Shown here in pieces: positions 18,642 through 28,815 of a stretch of DNA of 64,000 nt (the stretch's first letter is position 1; each line of letters opens with the position of its first letter). Under the pieces are notes generated by a model. It was not told the origin of the DNA. It did not search any database and saw only the letters and a list, made by a program, of their open reading frames with translations. A program made the translations under genes and the position numbers. The stretch is from Candidatus Latescibacterota bacterium (lineage in GTDB: Bacteria > Latescibacterota > UBA2968 > UBA8231): the NCBI GenBank assembly GCA_965243025.1, contig CBDETY010000003.1, positions 4,288,001-4,352,000 of the forward strand, read 5' to 3'.

Positions 18642-20066
18642 GTGCTGTTCCGGATTTCGAAACTCGAAAAGGCCCTGCGCGAAAACCCCGGGATTCCACT
18701 TTTCGCCCGGCTCGCCGACGAATACCTGCGGCGAGGGCGGGTCGCCCGGGCGCTTGCTCTCTGCCAGGAGGGTTGCGAGCGCTTTCCCGACTACCCTACC
18801 GGATTCCTCCTGCTCGCCCGCTGCTACGAGGCCCGGGGGAACTTCGAAGAGGTGCGCAACGCACTCGACCGGGCGCTGCGGCTCGACCCGGAGAACCCGG
18901 CCGCTTTCGCCGCCCTGTCCGCTGCCTGGGAACGGCTCGGTGAGATACCCCTGGCCCTGCAATGCATGCGGCAGGCCGCTTTTCTCGAACCGTACAGCGG
19001 GAATCTCAAACGCGAGGCGGAGCGGCTGCGCAGGCGATCCGCTGCGGCGCCGCTGGTCCTCCCCCCCGCGGCGAGGGCGGTTGCGGGCAGTGTGGTGCGG
19101 GACGAGTTGAATGAAGAGGATGGCCATCTGGAGGGGGAAACCTCTGAACGGGAGCCGTCTCCGGCAGCCGCTGGGGTAGCGCCCCCTGACGGCGAAGCGG
19201 CCGGCGGCCTCTCCCCAAATCCGGAAGTTGACCGCCAGACCTCCTCTTGCCCGCCGCCCCGGGAGGCTTCCGGGATCCCGCCGGACCGGGTGCCTGCATC
19301 CACCGACGGGGCCGCGGTTGCCGCGGCGGCCCCGGAATCCCGGCCCGGGCAGGATTCCCCCGCCGGACCGGTTTATCCCGGTGCCGGGTCGGGTGCCGAG
19401 GGAAACGATCGCCGAACTGGAAGCGAGGGCGCGGCTGATGAAGCCGTAGCGCTGCCTGTTCCGGGACGCGGCGGAGGCGAAGTCGCTGCCGAGGGTCGGT
19501 TGTCTCCGGCGGAAGATCCCCCCGGAAAGGCTCCTTCCGGCGACTCCGGCCCCGATGCTTCCTCCTCGGACAAGGCTGAACCCGGCCTCGGCGACTACGG
19601 GCAAACAGGGGTGTTTTATCTGGTGTCGGAGCCGGAGGAGGAAGCCGGCGCCGGGGCCGGGGAAGCGCCGGAGACATCGTCGGGAGCCGGGTTGGAGCCG
19701 GAGGGGGTTCAGGTCTCACTCCCGGGAGAGGAGACCGCTGGCCGGGGAAGCGAAATCGCTCCACCCCACCAAACCGGGCCGGGACGCCCTGTCGCCAGGT
19801 TGTCCAGCCGCGAAGACCACGAGCTGATCGGCCTGCTGTCCGAGATCGGGACGGCGGGAGACCGCGCCGCGGAGTCAACAGTGGCGGATGCCGGCGGAGA
19901 GGAGCGCAGCGCCCCGGTACCGACGGCAACCCTCGCCGAGTTGTACATTCAACAGGGAATCGCCAGCAAGGGGATCGACATTTACCGGGATCTCCTGCGG
20001 CGGCACCCCGGCGACGACGCCATCAGGGGGCGGCTCGCGGTCCTGGAAGGGGGCGGCGAGACCTGA
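18642..20066 (+). CDS. TPR protein with long acidic low-complexity linker
   Basis: N-terminal FARLADEY..G...AL..C..G...FPDY TPRs; C-terminal PTATLAELY.QQG TPR. Confidence 0.75.
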   Translation: MLFRISKLEKALRENPGIPLFARLADEYLRRGRVARALALCQEGCERFPDYPTGFLLLARCYEARGNFEEVRNALDRALRLDPENPAAFAALSAAWERLGEIPLALQCMRQAAFLEPYSGNLKREAERLRRRSAAAPLVLPPAARAVAGSVVRDELNEEDGHLEGETSEREPSPAAAGVAPPDGEAAGGLSPNPEVDRQTSSCPPPREASGIPPDRVPASTDGAAVAAAAPESRPGQDSPAGPVYPGAGSGAEGNDRRTGSEGAADEAVALPVPGRGGGEVAAEGRLSPAEDPPGKAPSGDSGPDASSSDKAEPGLGDYGQTGVFYLVSEPEEEAGAGAGEAPETSSGAGLEPEGVQVSLPGEETAGRGSEIAPPHQTGPGRPVARLSSREDHELIGLLSEIGTAGDRAAESTVADAGGEERSAPVPTATLAELYIQQGIASKGIDIYRDLLRRHPGDDAIRGRLAVLEGGGET

Positions 20067-20098
20067 GCGGCCGCCCGATCACATCACCAGAGGAAAGA

Positions 20099-20656
20099 AT
20101 GGCTGACACCACCAACTTCCGCAACGGATTCACGATGACCCTGGAGGACGCGATCTACAGCATCGTCGAGTTCCAGCACGTCAAGCCCGGAAAGGGAGGG
20201 GCTTTCGTGCGCACCAAGCTCAAGAACGTGCGCACCGGGGCGGTGATCGACCGTACATTTCGCTCCGGAGACAAGGTAGACGAAATCCGCGTCGAGAAAC
20301 GCGAGATGCAGTTCCTTTACTCCGAAAGCGAGTTTTTTCATTTCATGGACTCGGAGACCTACGAGCAGACGCAGCTGCGGCGCGAAACCGTCGGGGACAC
20401 CGCCCGGTTTCTCGTCGAGAACGAAACCACCTACGTCTCCGTGGCAGAGGGGGTCCCCCTCGCGGTGGAGCTGCCGAACTTCGTCGAGCTCACCGTGGAG
20501 CACACCGAACCGGGCGTCCGGGGGGATACCGCGCAGGGAGCGACCAAACCGGCGACGCTCGAGACCGGGGCGGTCGTCTCCGTTCCCCTGTTCGTCAATC
20601 GGGGGGAGAAACTGAAAATCGACACGCGTACCGGCGAATACGTCGAACGGGTGTGA
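20099..20656 (+). CDS. efp: Elongation factor P
   Basis: HVKPGKGGAFVR, GVRGDTA..KPATLETG, DTRTGEY. Confidence 0.98.
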   Translation: MADTTNFRNGFTMTLEDAIYSIVEFQHVKPGKGGAFVRTKLKNVRTGAVIDRTFRSGDKVDEIRVEKREMQFLYSESEFFHFMDSETYEQTQLRRETVGDTARFLVENETTYVSVAEGVPLAVELPNFVELTVEHTEPGVRGDTAQGATKPATLETGAVVSVPLFVNRGEKLKIDTRTGEYVERV

Positions 20657-20666
20657 GGACTGCGCC

Positions 20667-21158
20667 GTGAACGAAAAGAAGCTGCGAAAGCTGATCGAGA
20701 TCTTCAAGGAGAGCGAAGTCGAGGAGCTGGAGTACCACGAGAGCTTCTGGCGCGGCATCCGCGTGCGTCTCGGAAAACGCCGCGAGTCCGGGGAAAGAAT
20801 CGTCGAGACCGTGCACCTGCAGGCGCCCCCCGCTCCGCAACCGGCCCCCCCACCCGTTGCCGAGGCTGCCCCCGCACCCGAGGAGGAGGCGCCGCGGGAA
20901 CCTGAAACCGCCGAAGACCTCCACGTCATCCGCTCCCCCATGGTGGGCACCTTCTACCGCGCCTCGTCGCCGGAGTCCGCCCCGTTCACCGAGACCGGCG
21001 AGCAGGTCGCGGTCGGACAGACCCTCTGCATCATCGAGGCGATGAAGATCATGAACGAGATCGAGGCGGACGCCGCGGGTGAGGTCGTCGAAATCCTCGC
21101 GGCCAACGGCGACCCGGTCGAGTACAACCAGCCGCTGATGACTCTGCGGACCGCCTAG
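20667..21158 (+). CDS. accB: Acetyl-CoA carboxylase biotin carboxyl carrier protein
   Basis: SPMVGTFY, EAMKIMNEI. Confidence 0.97.
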   Translation: MNEKKLRKLIEIFKESEVEELEYHESFWRGIRVRLGKRRESGERIVETVHLQAPPAPQPAPPPVAEAAPAPEEEAPREPETAEDLHVIRSPMVGTFYRASSPESAPFTETGEQVAVGQTLCIIEAMKIMNEIEADAAGEVVEILAANGDPVEYNQPLMTLRTA

Positions 21159-21161
21159 CCC

Positions 21162-22517
21162 GTGTTCGAAAAGATCCTCGTCGCCGACCGCGGGGAAATC
21201 GCGCTGCGGGTCATCCGCACCTGCCGGGAGCTGGGCATCCCCACGGTTGCCGTCTACTCCGAGGCGGACGCGCGCTCGCTCCACGTCCACATGGCGGACG
21301 AGGACGTCTGCATCGGCCCGCCGCCCGGGGAGGCCAGCTACCGCCACTTCGCCAACATACTCAGCGCCGCGGGACTGACCAACGCCGACGCCGTTCACCC
21401 CGGGTACGGACCGCTCGCCGAGAACGCGGATTTCGCCGAGCTGTGCGAATCTTGCGGCATCACCTTCATCGGCCCGCCGGTAGCGGCATTCCACCGCATG
21501 GGAGACAAAGCCACGGCCAGGCGCTGCATGGAGGAAGCCGGAGTCCCGGTGATTCCCGGAAGCCGCGAGGAGGTCGGCTCCCTCGAGCAAGCCCGCCTCC
21601 TGGCCGGGGAGATCGGCTTCCCGCTGCGCCTGAAGGCGGCCGCAGGGGGGGGCGGACGCGGCATGCGGGTCGTCAACGGCGAGGAGGAGCTCGAGGAGGC
21701 TTGGCGGATGGCCCGCCTCGAAGCGCGCGGCGCCTTCACCAGCGACGCGCTCTACATGGAGCGTTCGATCGGCAACGCCCGCCACATCGAAATCCAGGTC
21801 CTCGGAGACCACCACGGTACGGTCGTCCATCTCGGGGAACGGGAGTGCTCCATTCAGCGGCGCCACCAGAAACTGCTCGAGGAGAGTCCCTCACCCGCCG
21901 TCGACGAAAAGCTGCGGAAGCGGCTGGGCGATGCGGCGGTGAGAGGCGCCGCCAGCGTCGGCTACGCAAGCGCCGGAACGGTCGAGTTCCTGGTCGACGG
22001 CGACGGGGAGTTCTACTTCCTGGAGATGAACAAGCGCATCCAGGTGGAGCACCCGGTGACCGAGATGGTGTCGGGAGTCGACCTCATCGGCGAGATGATC
22101 CGCGTGGCCGGCGGCGAGAGGTTGGGGTACGGGCAGGACGACCTCGCCCTCACCGGGCATGCAATCGAATGCCGCATCAACGCCGAGGACCCGGACCGGA
22201 ACTTCATGCCCTCTGCGGGCACCATCACCGCCCTGCACCTGCCGGGCGGACCGGGGCTGCGCATCGACAGCCACATCTACCAGGGGTACGAGGTGCCGCC
22301 CTACTACGATTCCCTGCTCGCCAAGGTCGTCACCTGGGGCCGCGACCGCGCCCAGGCGATCGCCCGCATGCGGCGGGTGCTGGCCGAGGTAACCATTGAA
22401 GGGGTGGCGACGACGTTGCCGTTCCACCGCGGTCTCCTCGACAGTCCGGAGTTCGTCGAGGGGCGGTTCGACACCGAGTTCGTCACCCGCAGCCGCGACG
22501 GGGAGGCCGGAGGCTGA
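21162..22517 (+). CDS. accC: Biotin carboxylase
   Basis: RGEIA.R, GGGGRGM, RECSIQRRHQK, RIQVEHPVTE, ECRINAED, YDSLLAK. Confidence 0.95.
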   Translation: MFEKILVADRGEIALRVIRTCRELGIPTVAVYSEADARSLHVHMADEDVCIGPPPGEASYRHFANILSAAGLTNADAVHPGYGPLAENADFAELCESCGITFIGPPVAAFHRMGDKATARRCMEEAGVPVIPGSREEVGSLEQARLLAGEIGFPLRLKAAAGGGGRGMRVVNGEEELEEAWRMARLEARGAFTSDALYMERSIGNARHIEIQVLGDHHGTVVHLGERECSIQRRHQKLLEESPSPAVDEKLRKRLGDAAVRGAASVGYASAGTVEFLVDGDGEFYFLEMNKRIQVEHPVTEMVSGVDLIGEMIRVAGGERLGYGQDDLALTGHAIECRINAEDPDRNFMPSAGTITALHLPGGPGLRIDSHIYQGYEVPPYYDSLLAKVVTWGRDRAQAIARMRRVLAEVTIEGVATTLPFHRGLLDSPEFVEGRFDTEFVTRSRDGEAGG

Positions 22518-22540
22518 ACCGGGACAACCAGAGGATCTCC

Positions 22541-22933
22541 ATGTCTGATACGAGAGTGCCGGAAGAGCTCAGCTATACCGAGGATCACGAGTGGGTGTCG
22601 ATGGACAGCGACGTCGGCACGGTCGGGATCACGGACTACGCCCAGTCCGAGCTTGGCGACATCGTGTTCGTCGAGCTTCCCGAGGTCGGACAGGCCCTGA
22701 GCAAAGGGGAGCGCTTCGGGACCGTCGAAGCGGTCAAGACCGTCGAGGAGATATACGCCCCCCTGAGCGGCGAGGTCGTGGAAGTCAACGAATCGCTCGA
22801 GGCAGACGCGGAGCAGGTCAACAAGGAACCCTACGGGGCCGGCTGGATGATCCGCATCCGCTGCTCCGACCAGGAGGAGCTGTCCGAGCTCCTGAGCTCC
22901 GGTGACTACGCCGACCTGATTTCCGGAGCCTGA
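22541..22933 (+). CDS. gcvH: Glycine cleavage system H protein
   Basis: HEW, GITDYAQ..LGDIVFVELP, EAVK lipoyl site, PYG.GW. Confidence 0.97.
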   Translation: MSDTRVPEELSYTEDHEWVSMDSDVGTVGITDYAQSELGDIVFVELPEVGQALSKGERFGTVEAVKTVEEIYAPLSGEVVEVNESLEADAEQVNKEPYGAGWMIRIRCSDQEELSELLSSGDYADLISGA

Positions 22934-23236
22934 CCTCCCCGGAAGACTCTTTCACCGGTTTCCTGGTGCCGGCCCGGCCCCGCCTTCGGGCCTCAGGCTT
23001 CACAACCGGCTCCTTCCTTCAAAATTGCCTCCGTCCAGTATCATTATTTAGCTTTCAGCGATACTTTGTATCGTTTTTGCACCCCTGGAAGCGGCTCTGG
23101 AAGGGGGTTTGCGCAGAAGAATTCAACCGCTGAAGGGGGTTGAGCGGGCTCGAGTTGTTCACGTCTCCGCGGTCCATCCCCCAACGCCGACGCAAGGCGA
23201 TCGTCGCCTTCGGGGAAGTCCGCGATCTACTCAGCC

Positions 23237-23743
23237 GTGTTGCTCGAGAATACCGTCCTGGTTCTCAACCAGAACTACGAACCGCTCAACGTCTGCAGTG
23301 TCAGGCGCGCGCTCGTGCTGCTTTTCAGGGGGAAGGCCGAAAACGTCGAGATCTCCGAATCCGTCGTGCGCTCGGTGTCCCGGGAATTCCCGGTCCCGAG
23401 CGTGGTCAGGCTGGAGCGCTACGTGCGCGCTCCCAGGCGGCGCGTCGTGCTGTCGAAGCGGAACGTGATGCGGCGCGACAACCACCAGTGCCAGTATTGC
23501 GGCAAAAGCGATCGCAAGATGACGATCGACCACATCATCCCCAAGAGGCACGGCGGCGCCGAGTCGTGGGAAAACCTGGTGACCGCCTGTGCCGGCTGCA
23601 ACGCCAGGAAAGGGGACCGGCGTCCCGAGCAGGCCGGTCTCGCCCTCAAACGGCGGCCCAAGCGCCCCAACAACGTCAGCTTCATCCGCGACTTCGTCGG
23701 GGTGGCGGACAATCGCTGGAAACCCTACCTGTTCATCGACTAG
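23237..23743 (+). CDS. HNH endonuclease (McrA-like)
   Basis: VLVLNQNYEPL, RD..CQYCG, TIDH.IP..GG..WENLV.AC..CN..K. Confidence 0.92.
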   Translation: MLLENTVLVLNQNYEPLNVCSVRRALVLLFRGKAENVEISESVVRSVSREFPVPSVVRLERYVRAPRRRVVLSKRNVMRRDNHQCQYCGKSDRKMTIDHIIPKRHGGAESWENLVTACAGCNARKGDRRPEQAGLALKRRPKRPNNVSFIRDFVGVADNRWKPYLFID

Positions 23744-23769
23744 CAGCGTAGGCCCCGACCGTCAGCAGA

Positions 23770-24615
23770 TTGGAAACGACCTTCGAACAGAGGCAGCGGG
23801 GAACCGCATTGGGCGGCCAGTACGGAGTCAAACTCGATGTGTTCGAGGGCCCGCTCGACCTGCTGCTGTTTCTGATCCGCAAGAACGAAGTCGACATCTA
23901 CGACATTCCCATCGCCGCCATTACCAACGAGTACCTCGGCATTCTCGGGGAGGTCCACCTCCTCGACCTCGAACCGGCCTGCGAATTCATGCTGATGGCG
24001 GCGACCCTGATGAAGATCAAGTCGCAGTTGCTGCTTCCTCGGGAAGTACAGGAGGACGGGCAGGAGGAGGAAGATCCCCGGGAAGATCTCGTGCGCCGGC
24101 TCCTCGAGTACCAGCAGTTCAAGGAGGTCGCCGACTGGCTGGGGGACCAGGCCCTCGCGCGGCGCGACATCTTCAGGAACCGCCCGTCCGCCTGCCGCGA
24201 CAGCGAAGGTGCCGCGCTTCACCCGGTTTCGCTGTTCGACCTCTTCAAGGCGTACAAGGAGGTTGTGGAGCGCGTTTCGCCAGACCTCGTACACCGCATC
24301 GTCGAAGAGCAGGTCTCGGTCGAGGAGACGATCGACAGGCTTGTGCAGGAACTGGACCGCAGCGGGCGGCTGCGCTTTTTCGATCTGACCGCGGGCCAGT
24401 CCCGCCAGGTTCTCGTGGCGACTTTCATCGGCGTCCTCGAGCTGCTCAAGACCCAGCGCATCCGCGTGCAGCAGGCACGCCCATTCGACGAAATCTGGAT
24501 CGAACCCCTCGGAGGCGGGAAGGCCGTGATCCCCGCCGTGGAAACGGCATCTCCAGCTTCTCCCCCCGGGATCCCCGGCAACGGATCTTCCCCGCAAGGA
24601 CCTGAGGTCACGTGA
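23770..24615 (+). CDS. scpA: Segregation and condensation protein A
   Basis: FEGPLDLLL.LI, F..MAATL..IKS..LLP, TF..LEL. Confidence 0.95.
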   Translation: METTFEQRQRGTALGGQYGVKLDVFEGPLDLLLFLIRKNEVDIYDIPIAAITNEYLGILGEVHLLDLEPACEFMLMAATLMKIKSQLLLPREVQEDGQEEEDPREDLVRRLLEYQQFKEVADWLGDQALARRDIFRNRPSACRDSEGAALHPVSLFDLFKAYKEVVERVSPDLVHRIVEEQVSVEETIDRLVQELDRSGRLRFFDLTAGQSRQVLVATFIGVLELLKTQRIRVQQARPFDEIWIEPLGGGKAVIPAVETASPASPPGIPGNGSSPQGPEVT

Positions 24616-25307
24616 GTCCTCAGATCGCCCCCGGTCAGGCGCGGGCCGTTATCGAAGCCATTCTTCTCACCTCGTCGGAACCGGTGTCCCCCGGCAGGCT
24701 TCTGGGCGGACTGGGGCTCACCGGCAGGGACGTGCGCGAGGCTGTCGAAGGCCTCAACAGGCAGTACGAGGAGGGAGGCCACGCCATTCGCGTGGCCGAG
24801 GCAGCCGGGGGGTTTCAACTCGTAACCGCAGAAGCGTTCGCCCCCTGGGTTCGCCGCTTTCAGGACCGCGGCCCGGTGCGGCTCACACAGGCCGGCCTCG
24901 AGACCCTGGCCCTGGTGGCCTTCAAGCAGCCGGTCACGCGGGCGGAGATCGACAGCGTTCGCGGCGTCGACTCCGCCGGTGTGCTGCGCACCCTGCTCGA
25001 GGTCGACATGGTGCGCATCGTCGGCCGTTCCGAAGGCATCGGACGGCCGATGCTGTTCGGAACAACCAGGGAATTCCTGGTGCACTTCGGTCTCAAGGGA
25101 CTCTCCGATCTGCCGAAGCCCAAAGAGCTCGAAGAGCTGCTGGCCGAGGGCGCGCGCAGGCAGGCGGCCGCCGGGGGCGATGGCGGGGCGCCCGGTAGCG
25201 GCGGCGAGGAGAGCGGAGGACCGGCCTTCGGAGGCAAGACCGAACAGGTTGCCGAAACAGACGGACAGGCCCCCGGAGAATCCGGAGAGGGCGAAGAAGC
25301 CCGGTAA
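24612..25307 (+). CDS. scpB: Segregation and condensation protein B
   Basis: LETLA.VAFKQPVTRAEID.VRGV, GRP.LFGTT..FL..FGL..L.DLP. Confidence 0.95.
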   Translation: MSPQIAPGQARAVIEAILLTSSEPVSPGRLLGGLGLTGRDVREAVEGLNRQYEEGGHAIRVAEAAGGFQLVTAEAFAPWVRRFQDRGPVRLTQAGLETLALVAFKQPVTRAEIDSVRGVDSAGVLRTLLEVDMVRIVGRSEGIGRPMLFGTTREFLVHFGLKGLSDLPKPKELEELLAEGARRQAAAGGDGGAPGSGGEESGGPAFGGKTEQVAETDGQAPGESGEGEEAR

Positions 25308-25325
25308 CCGCCCTCGGCGTACCAC

Positions 25326-26087
25326 ATGCGTCTGAACCGGTTCATGGCCCGCGCCGGCGTCGCTTCCCGGCGCAAGAGCGACAATCTCATCCGCCGCGGC
25401 GCCGTGCGGGTCAACGGAGAGGTGGTGGCGGCTCCGGGCCGCCCGGTAGGCGGAGAGGACCGGGTGGAGGTCGACGGCATCCCGGTCCGGCTGCCGGAGG
25501 ATTCGCAGTACCTGCTGCTCAACAAGGCTGCCGGCACCCTGGTGACGCGTCGCGAAAGGAGCGGCAGGCCTACCGTTTTCGAAGGCATCGAAGAGGTGCG
25601 CGCCGCTACTGTCGCCGTCGGCCGCCTCGACAGGGATACCACCGGGGTGCTGCTGCTCACCGACGACGGCGAGCTCGCCCATCGCCTGATGCACCCGCGT
25701 TTCGAGGTCGACAAGCGCTACCGCGCCCTCGTCGAGGGGGTGCCGTCCGCGGCGGCGCTGCGGCAGCTGCGGGACGGGGTGCTTCTCGAGGACGGGATGA
25801 CCGCCCCGGCCCGGGTGCGGATCGTGTCGCGCCCTTCCGCGGGGCGCCCTTTCTGCGAGCTCGAGCTCTGCATCCACGAAGGGCGCAAACACCAGGTCAA
25901 GCGGATGTGCGCCGCTGTCGGCCACCGCGTCAGGAGGTTGCACCGCGAGGCGTTTGCCGGCATGACCGCCGCCGACCTGCAGCCCGGGCAGTACCGCAGG
26001 TTGCGGGAAGCCGAAACACGGGATCTGAGATCCCTTGCGGGGTTGCCGGTCAGGGAAGTACTTCAGCCGTGGCCCCCAGGAGATTGA
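25326..26087 (+). CDS. rluB: Pseudouridine synthase, RsuA/RluB family
   Basis: S4 domain MRLNRFMA..GVASRR; VGRLDRDTTGVLLLTDDG; EGRKHQVKRM; position after scpB. Confidence 0.85.
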   Translation: MRLNRFMARAGVASRRKSDNLIRRGAVRVNGEVVAAPGRPVGGEDRVEVDGIPVRLPEDSQYLLLNKAAGTLVTRRERSGRPTVFEGIEEVRAATVAVGRLDRDTTGVLLLTDDGELAHRLMHPRFEVDKRYRALVEGVPSAAALRQLRDGVLLEDGMTAPARVRIVSRPSAGRPFCELELCIHEGRKHQVKRMCAAVGHRVRRLHREAFAGMTAADLQPGQYRRLREAETRDLRSLAGLPVREVLQPWPPGD

Positions 26088-26740
26088 CCATCGCCGTCGA
26101 CGGGGTCATCGGTGCCGGCAAGACGACGACCGCCCGCGCCGTGGCGCAGGAGTTGGGCTACCGCCACATCGACACCGGGGCCTTTTACCGCACCGTGGCC
26201 CTGGCGGCGATGCGCGCGGGAATCCGTCCCCGCGAGGAGGCCGTCGAGCGTTTTCTCGCCGAGCTCGACATTTCCTGGGTAGATGCGGGCGGGAAAGTGC
26301 GCATGGTGCTCGACGGCGAGGACGTCAGCGACGAGATACGCCGGCCGGAGGTGACCCGGGCGGTGGGAGCTTTCGCCGACTTGCCCCGGGTGCGCCGGGC
26401 GCTCATCGAACACCAGCGGCGGCTGGGCCGCAAAGGCGGCGTGGTCGCCGATGGACGGGATGCCGGCACGGTGGTTTTTCCCGATGCCGACCTCAAGATC
26501 GTCATGACTGCCGATCTCGAGGAGCGGGCCCGGCGGCGCTTCCGGGAATTGACAAAAAAGGGGGTGAATACAACGCTGCGGCAGGTGACTGCCGACATTC
26601 GCACCCGCGATCGCGAGGATTCGCAGCGGGATTACGGCGCCGCTCACGGCGGCGACACCGTCGTACTGGATACGACGGGAATGACTATCGAACAGCAGGT
26701 CGACCGCATCGTGGCCCTGGCGCACGAGCGCGGCGCCTAG
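26069..26740 (+). CDS. cmk: Cytidylate kinase
   Basis: IAVDG..GAGKTT, DTGAFYR, DGRD.GTVVFPDA; upstream of rpsA. Confidence 0.95.
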   Translation: MAPRRLTIAVDGVIGAGKTTTARAVAQELGYRHIDTGAFYRTVALAAMRAGIRPREEAVERFLAELDISWVDAGGKVRMVLDGEDVSDEIRRPEVTRAVGAFADLPRVRRALIEHQRRLGRKGGVVADGRDAGTVVFPDADLKIVMTADLEERARRRFRELTKKGVNTTLRQVTADIRTRDREDSQRDYGAAHGGDTVVLDTTGMTIEQQVDRIVALAHERGA

Positions 26741-26775
26741 CTGAATTCAGGAAACCGAAAGGAAACAGACACATC

Positions 26776-28632
26776 ATGTCCGACGAAACACCGGCGGTTG
26801 CCGTGGAAGAAGATCCCGGCAGCCCCGAAAAACCGCAGTACGGAAACATCAGGATCGAGGATCTCGATACGCCGGAGTACTCCGACGAGCAGATGCAGGA
26901 GTTCACGGCGATGTACGAAGAGAGCTTTTCCGGCAAGAACGAAGGTGAAATCGTCCAGGGCCGCGTCGTCGGCATCCACCCGCAGGAGGTGCTGGTCGAT
27001 ATCGGCTTCAAGTCGGAAGGCGCCATTCCGATCAGGGAGTTCTCCGATCCGGAGGCGATCGCCATAGGCAACGAAGTCGAGGTTTTCCTCGAGAATGTCG
27101 AAGACCTCGAGGGCCGGGTCGTGCTCTCGAAGCAGAAAGCCGACTTCATGCGCGTGTGGGACGAAATCAAGGACTCCCACGATGCCGGCACGACGGTGAA
27201 GGGAAAGCTGACGCGACGGATCAAGGGCGGTATCGTCGTCGACCTGTTCGGGGTCGAGGCCTTCCTGCCCGGCTCGCAGATCGACATCCGGCAGGTGAAG
27301 AACTTCGATCAGTTCCTGGGGCAGCAGTTCGATTTCAAGATCATCAAGCTCAACAAGACGCGGCGCAACATCGTCGTCTCCAGGCGCGCCGTGCTCGAGG
27401 AGGAACGCGAGCGTTTGCGCCGGGAAATCATCAAGGAGCTCGAAGAGGGACAGGTGCGGGAAGGGGTGGTCAAGAACATCACCGATTTCGGCGCCTTCAT
27501 CGACCTGGGGGGCATCGACGGTCTGCTGCACATCACCGACATGTCCTGGGGCCGCGTCAGCCATCCTTCCGAGATGGTGTCCATCGGCGACCGCATCAAG
27601 GTCAAGGTCCTCAACTACGACCGCGAGCGCGAGCGCATTTCCCTCGGACTCAAGCAGCTGACCACGCATCCATGGGAGATGATCGACGAGCGTTTCTCCG
27701 AAGGCACGCAGACCCAGGGGAAAGTGGTCAGCATCACCGACTACGGCGCCTTCGTCGAACTGGAGGAGGGGGTCGAAGGTCTCGTTCACATCTCGGAGAT
27801 GTCGTGGACCCAGCACGTGCGCCATCCCTCGAAGCTGGTTTCCATCGGCGACCTCGTCGAGGTCGTCGTCCTCAAGCTCGACAAGGAAGCGCAGAAGATC
27901 TCCCTCGGGATGAAGCAGACCGATCCGGACCCGTGGGAGGTGCTCGACACCAACTACCCCCCGGGCAGGCGCCTCGAGGGCATGGTCAAGAGCCTCACCA
28001 ACTTCGGCGCCTTCGTCGAGATCGAAGAGGGCATCGACGGCCTCGTCCACATCTCCGACATGTCCTGGACCCGGCGAATCCGCCAGGCCAGCGAGATGTT
28101 CAAGAAAGGAGACGTCATACCGGTGGTCGTCACCGAGGTCGACAAGAAGAGGAGGCGGATCTCTCTCAGCCACAAGCTCGGCCTGGAGAACCCATGGCCG
28201 AAGCTGGCGGAGCTGTACGCGGTGGGGACTTCGACCAGCGGCAGGATCTCGCGGGTTCTCGAGCGCGGCGTGGTTGTCGGCCTCGATCACGACGTCGACG
28301 GCTTCGTGCCGCTGTCGCAGCTCGGCATCGAGAATCTGCAGACCCCCAGGCAGTGCTTCGAGGTCGACCAGGAGTTGCCGCTGAAGATCATCGAGTTCGA
28401 CGAGGAGCAGAAGAAGATCGTGCTCAGCGTGCTCGCCTACCTCAAGGACAAGGACCAGGAGGAAGTCGACGCCTACCTGACCCGTCATCCGGTGAAAGAG
28501 GTGGCGATCGACGACGTGGCGGACGACCAGGACGAGGAGATGGAAAGCTGGGGCGACGACGGAGAACCTGCCGGAGAAGCCCCCGAACCCGCTGCCGACG
28601 AGGGCCGGGCGAAGAGCTCTCCTGAGTCGTAA
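26776..28632 (+). CDS. rpsA: 30S ribosomal protein S1
   Basis: Repeated S1 domains (FGAFIDLGGIDGLLHITDMSW, YGAFVELEEGVEGLVHISEMSW). Confidence 0.98.
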   Translation: MSDETPAVAVEEDPGSPEKPQYGNIRIEDLDTPEYSDEQMQEFTAMYEESFSGKNEGEIVQGRVVGIHPQEVLVDIGFKSEGAIPIREFSDPEAIAIGNEVEVFLENVEDLEGRVVLSKQKADFMRVWDEIKDSHDAGTTVKGKLTRRIKGGIVVDLFGVEAFLPGSQIDIRQVKNFDQFLGQQFDFKIIKLNKTRRNIVVSRRAVLEEERERLRREIIKELEEGQVREGVVKNITDFGAFIDLGGIDGLLHITDMSWGRVSHPSEMVSIGDRIKVKVLNYDRERERISLGLKQLTTHPWEMIDERFSEGTQTQGKVVSITDYGAFVELEEGVEGLVHISEMSWTQHVRHPSKLVSIGDLVEVVVLKLDKEAQKISLGMKQTDPDPWEVLDTNYPPGRRLEGMVKSLTNFGAFVEIEEGIDGLVHISDMSWTRRIRQASEMFKKGDVIPVVVTEVDKKRRRISLSHKLGLENPWPKLAELYAVGTSTSGRISRVLERGVVVGLDHDVDGFVPLSQLGIENLQTPRQCFEVDQELPLKIIEFDEEQKKIVLSVLAYLKDKDQEEVDAYLTRHPVKEVAIDDVADDQDEEMESWGDDGEPAGEAPEPAADEGRAKSSPES

Positions 28633-28678
28633 CCACCCGGCGGCAGCCCGCCTGCCGCCCCGGGAGGCCGCTTTCCGT

Positions 28679-28714
28679 GGAAAGGCCGGGGGATTCCCCC
28701 GGCCTTTCCCGTTT
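28679..28714 (+). terminator. Hairpin/terminator after rpsA
   Basis: 14-bp stem GGAAAGGCCGGGGG-ATT-CCCCCGGCCTTTCC followed by cgttt. Confidence 0.6.
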
Positions 28715-28815
28715 GGTTGCCGCAACTCCTCGTTTCCGCGGCCGTTGTATGGACCGCGCCCCCCGTTATTTTCATATCAATCGATCCCCACACCGCCCGT
28801 TTCCCACGCGACCCG

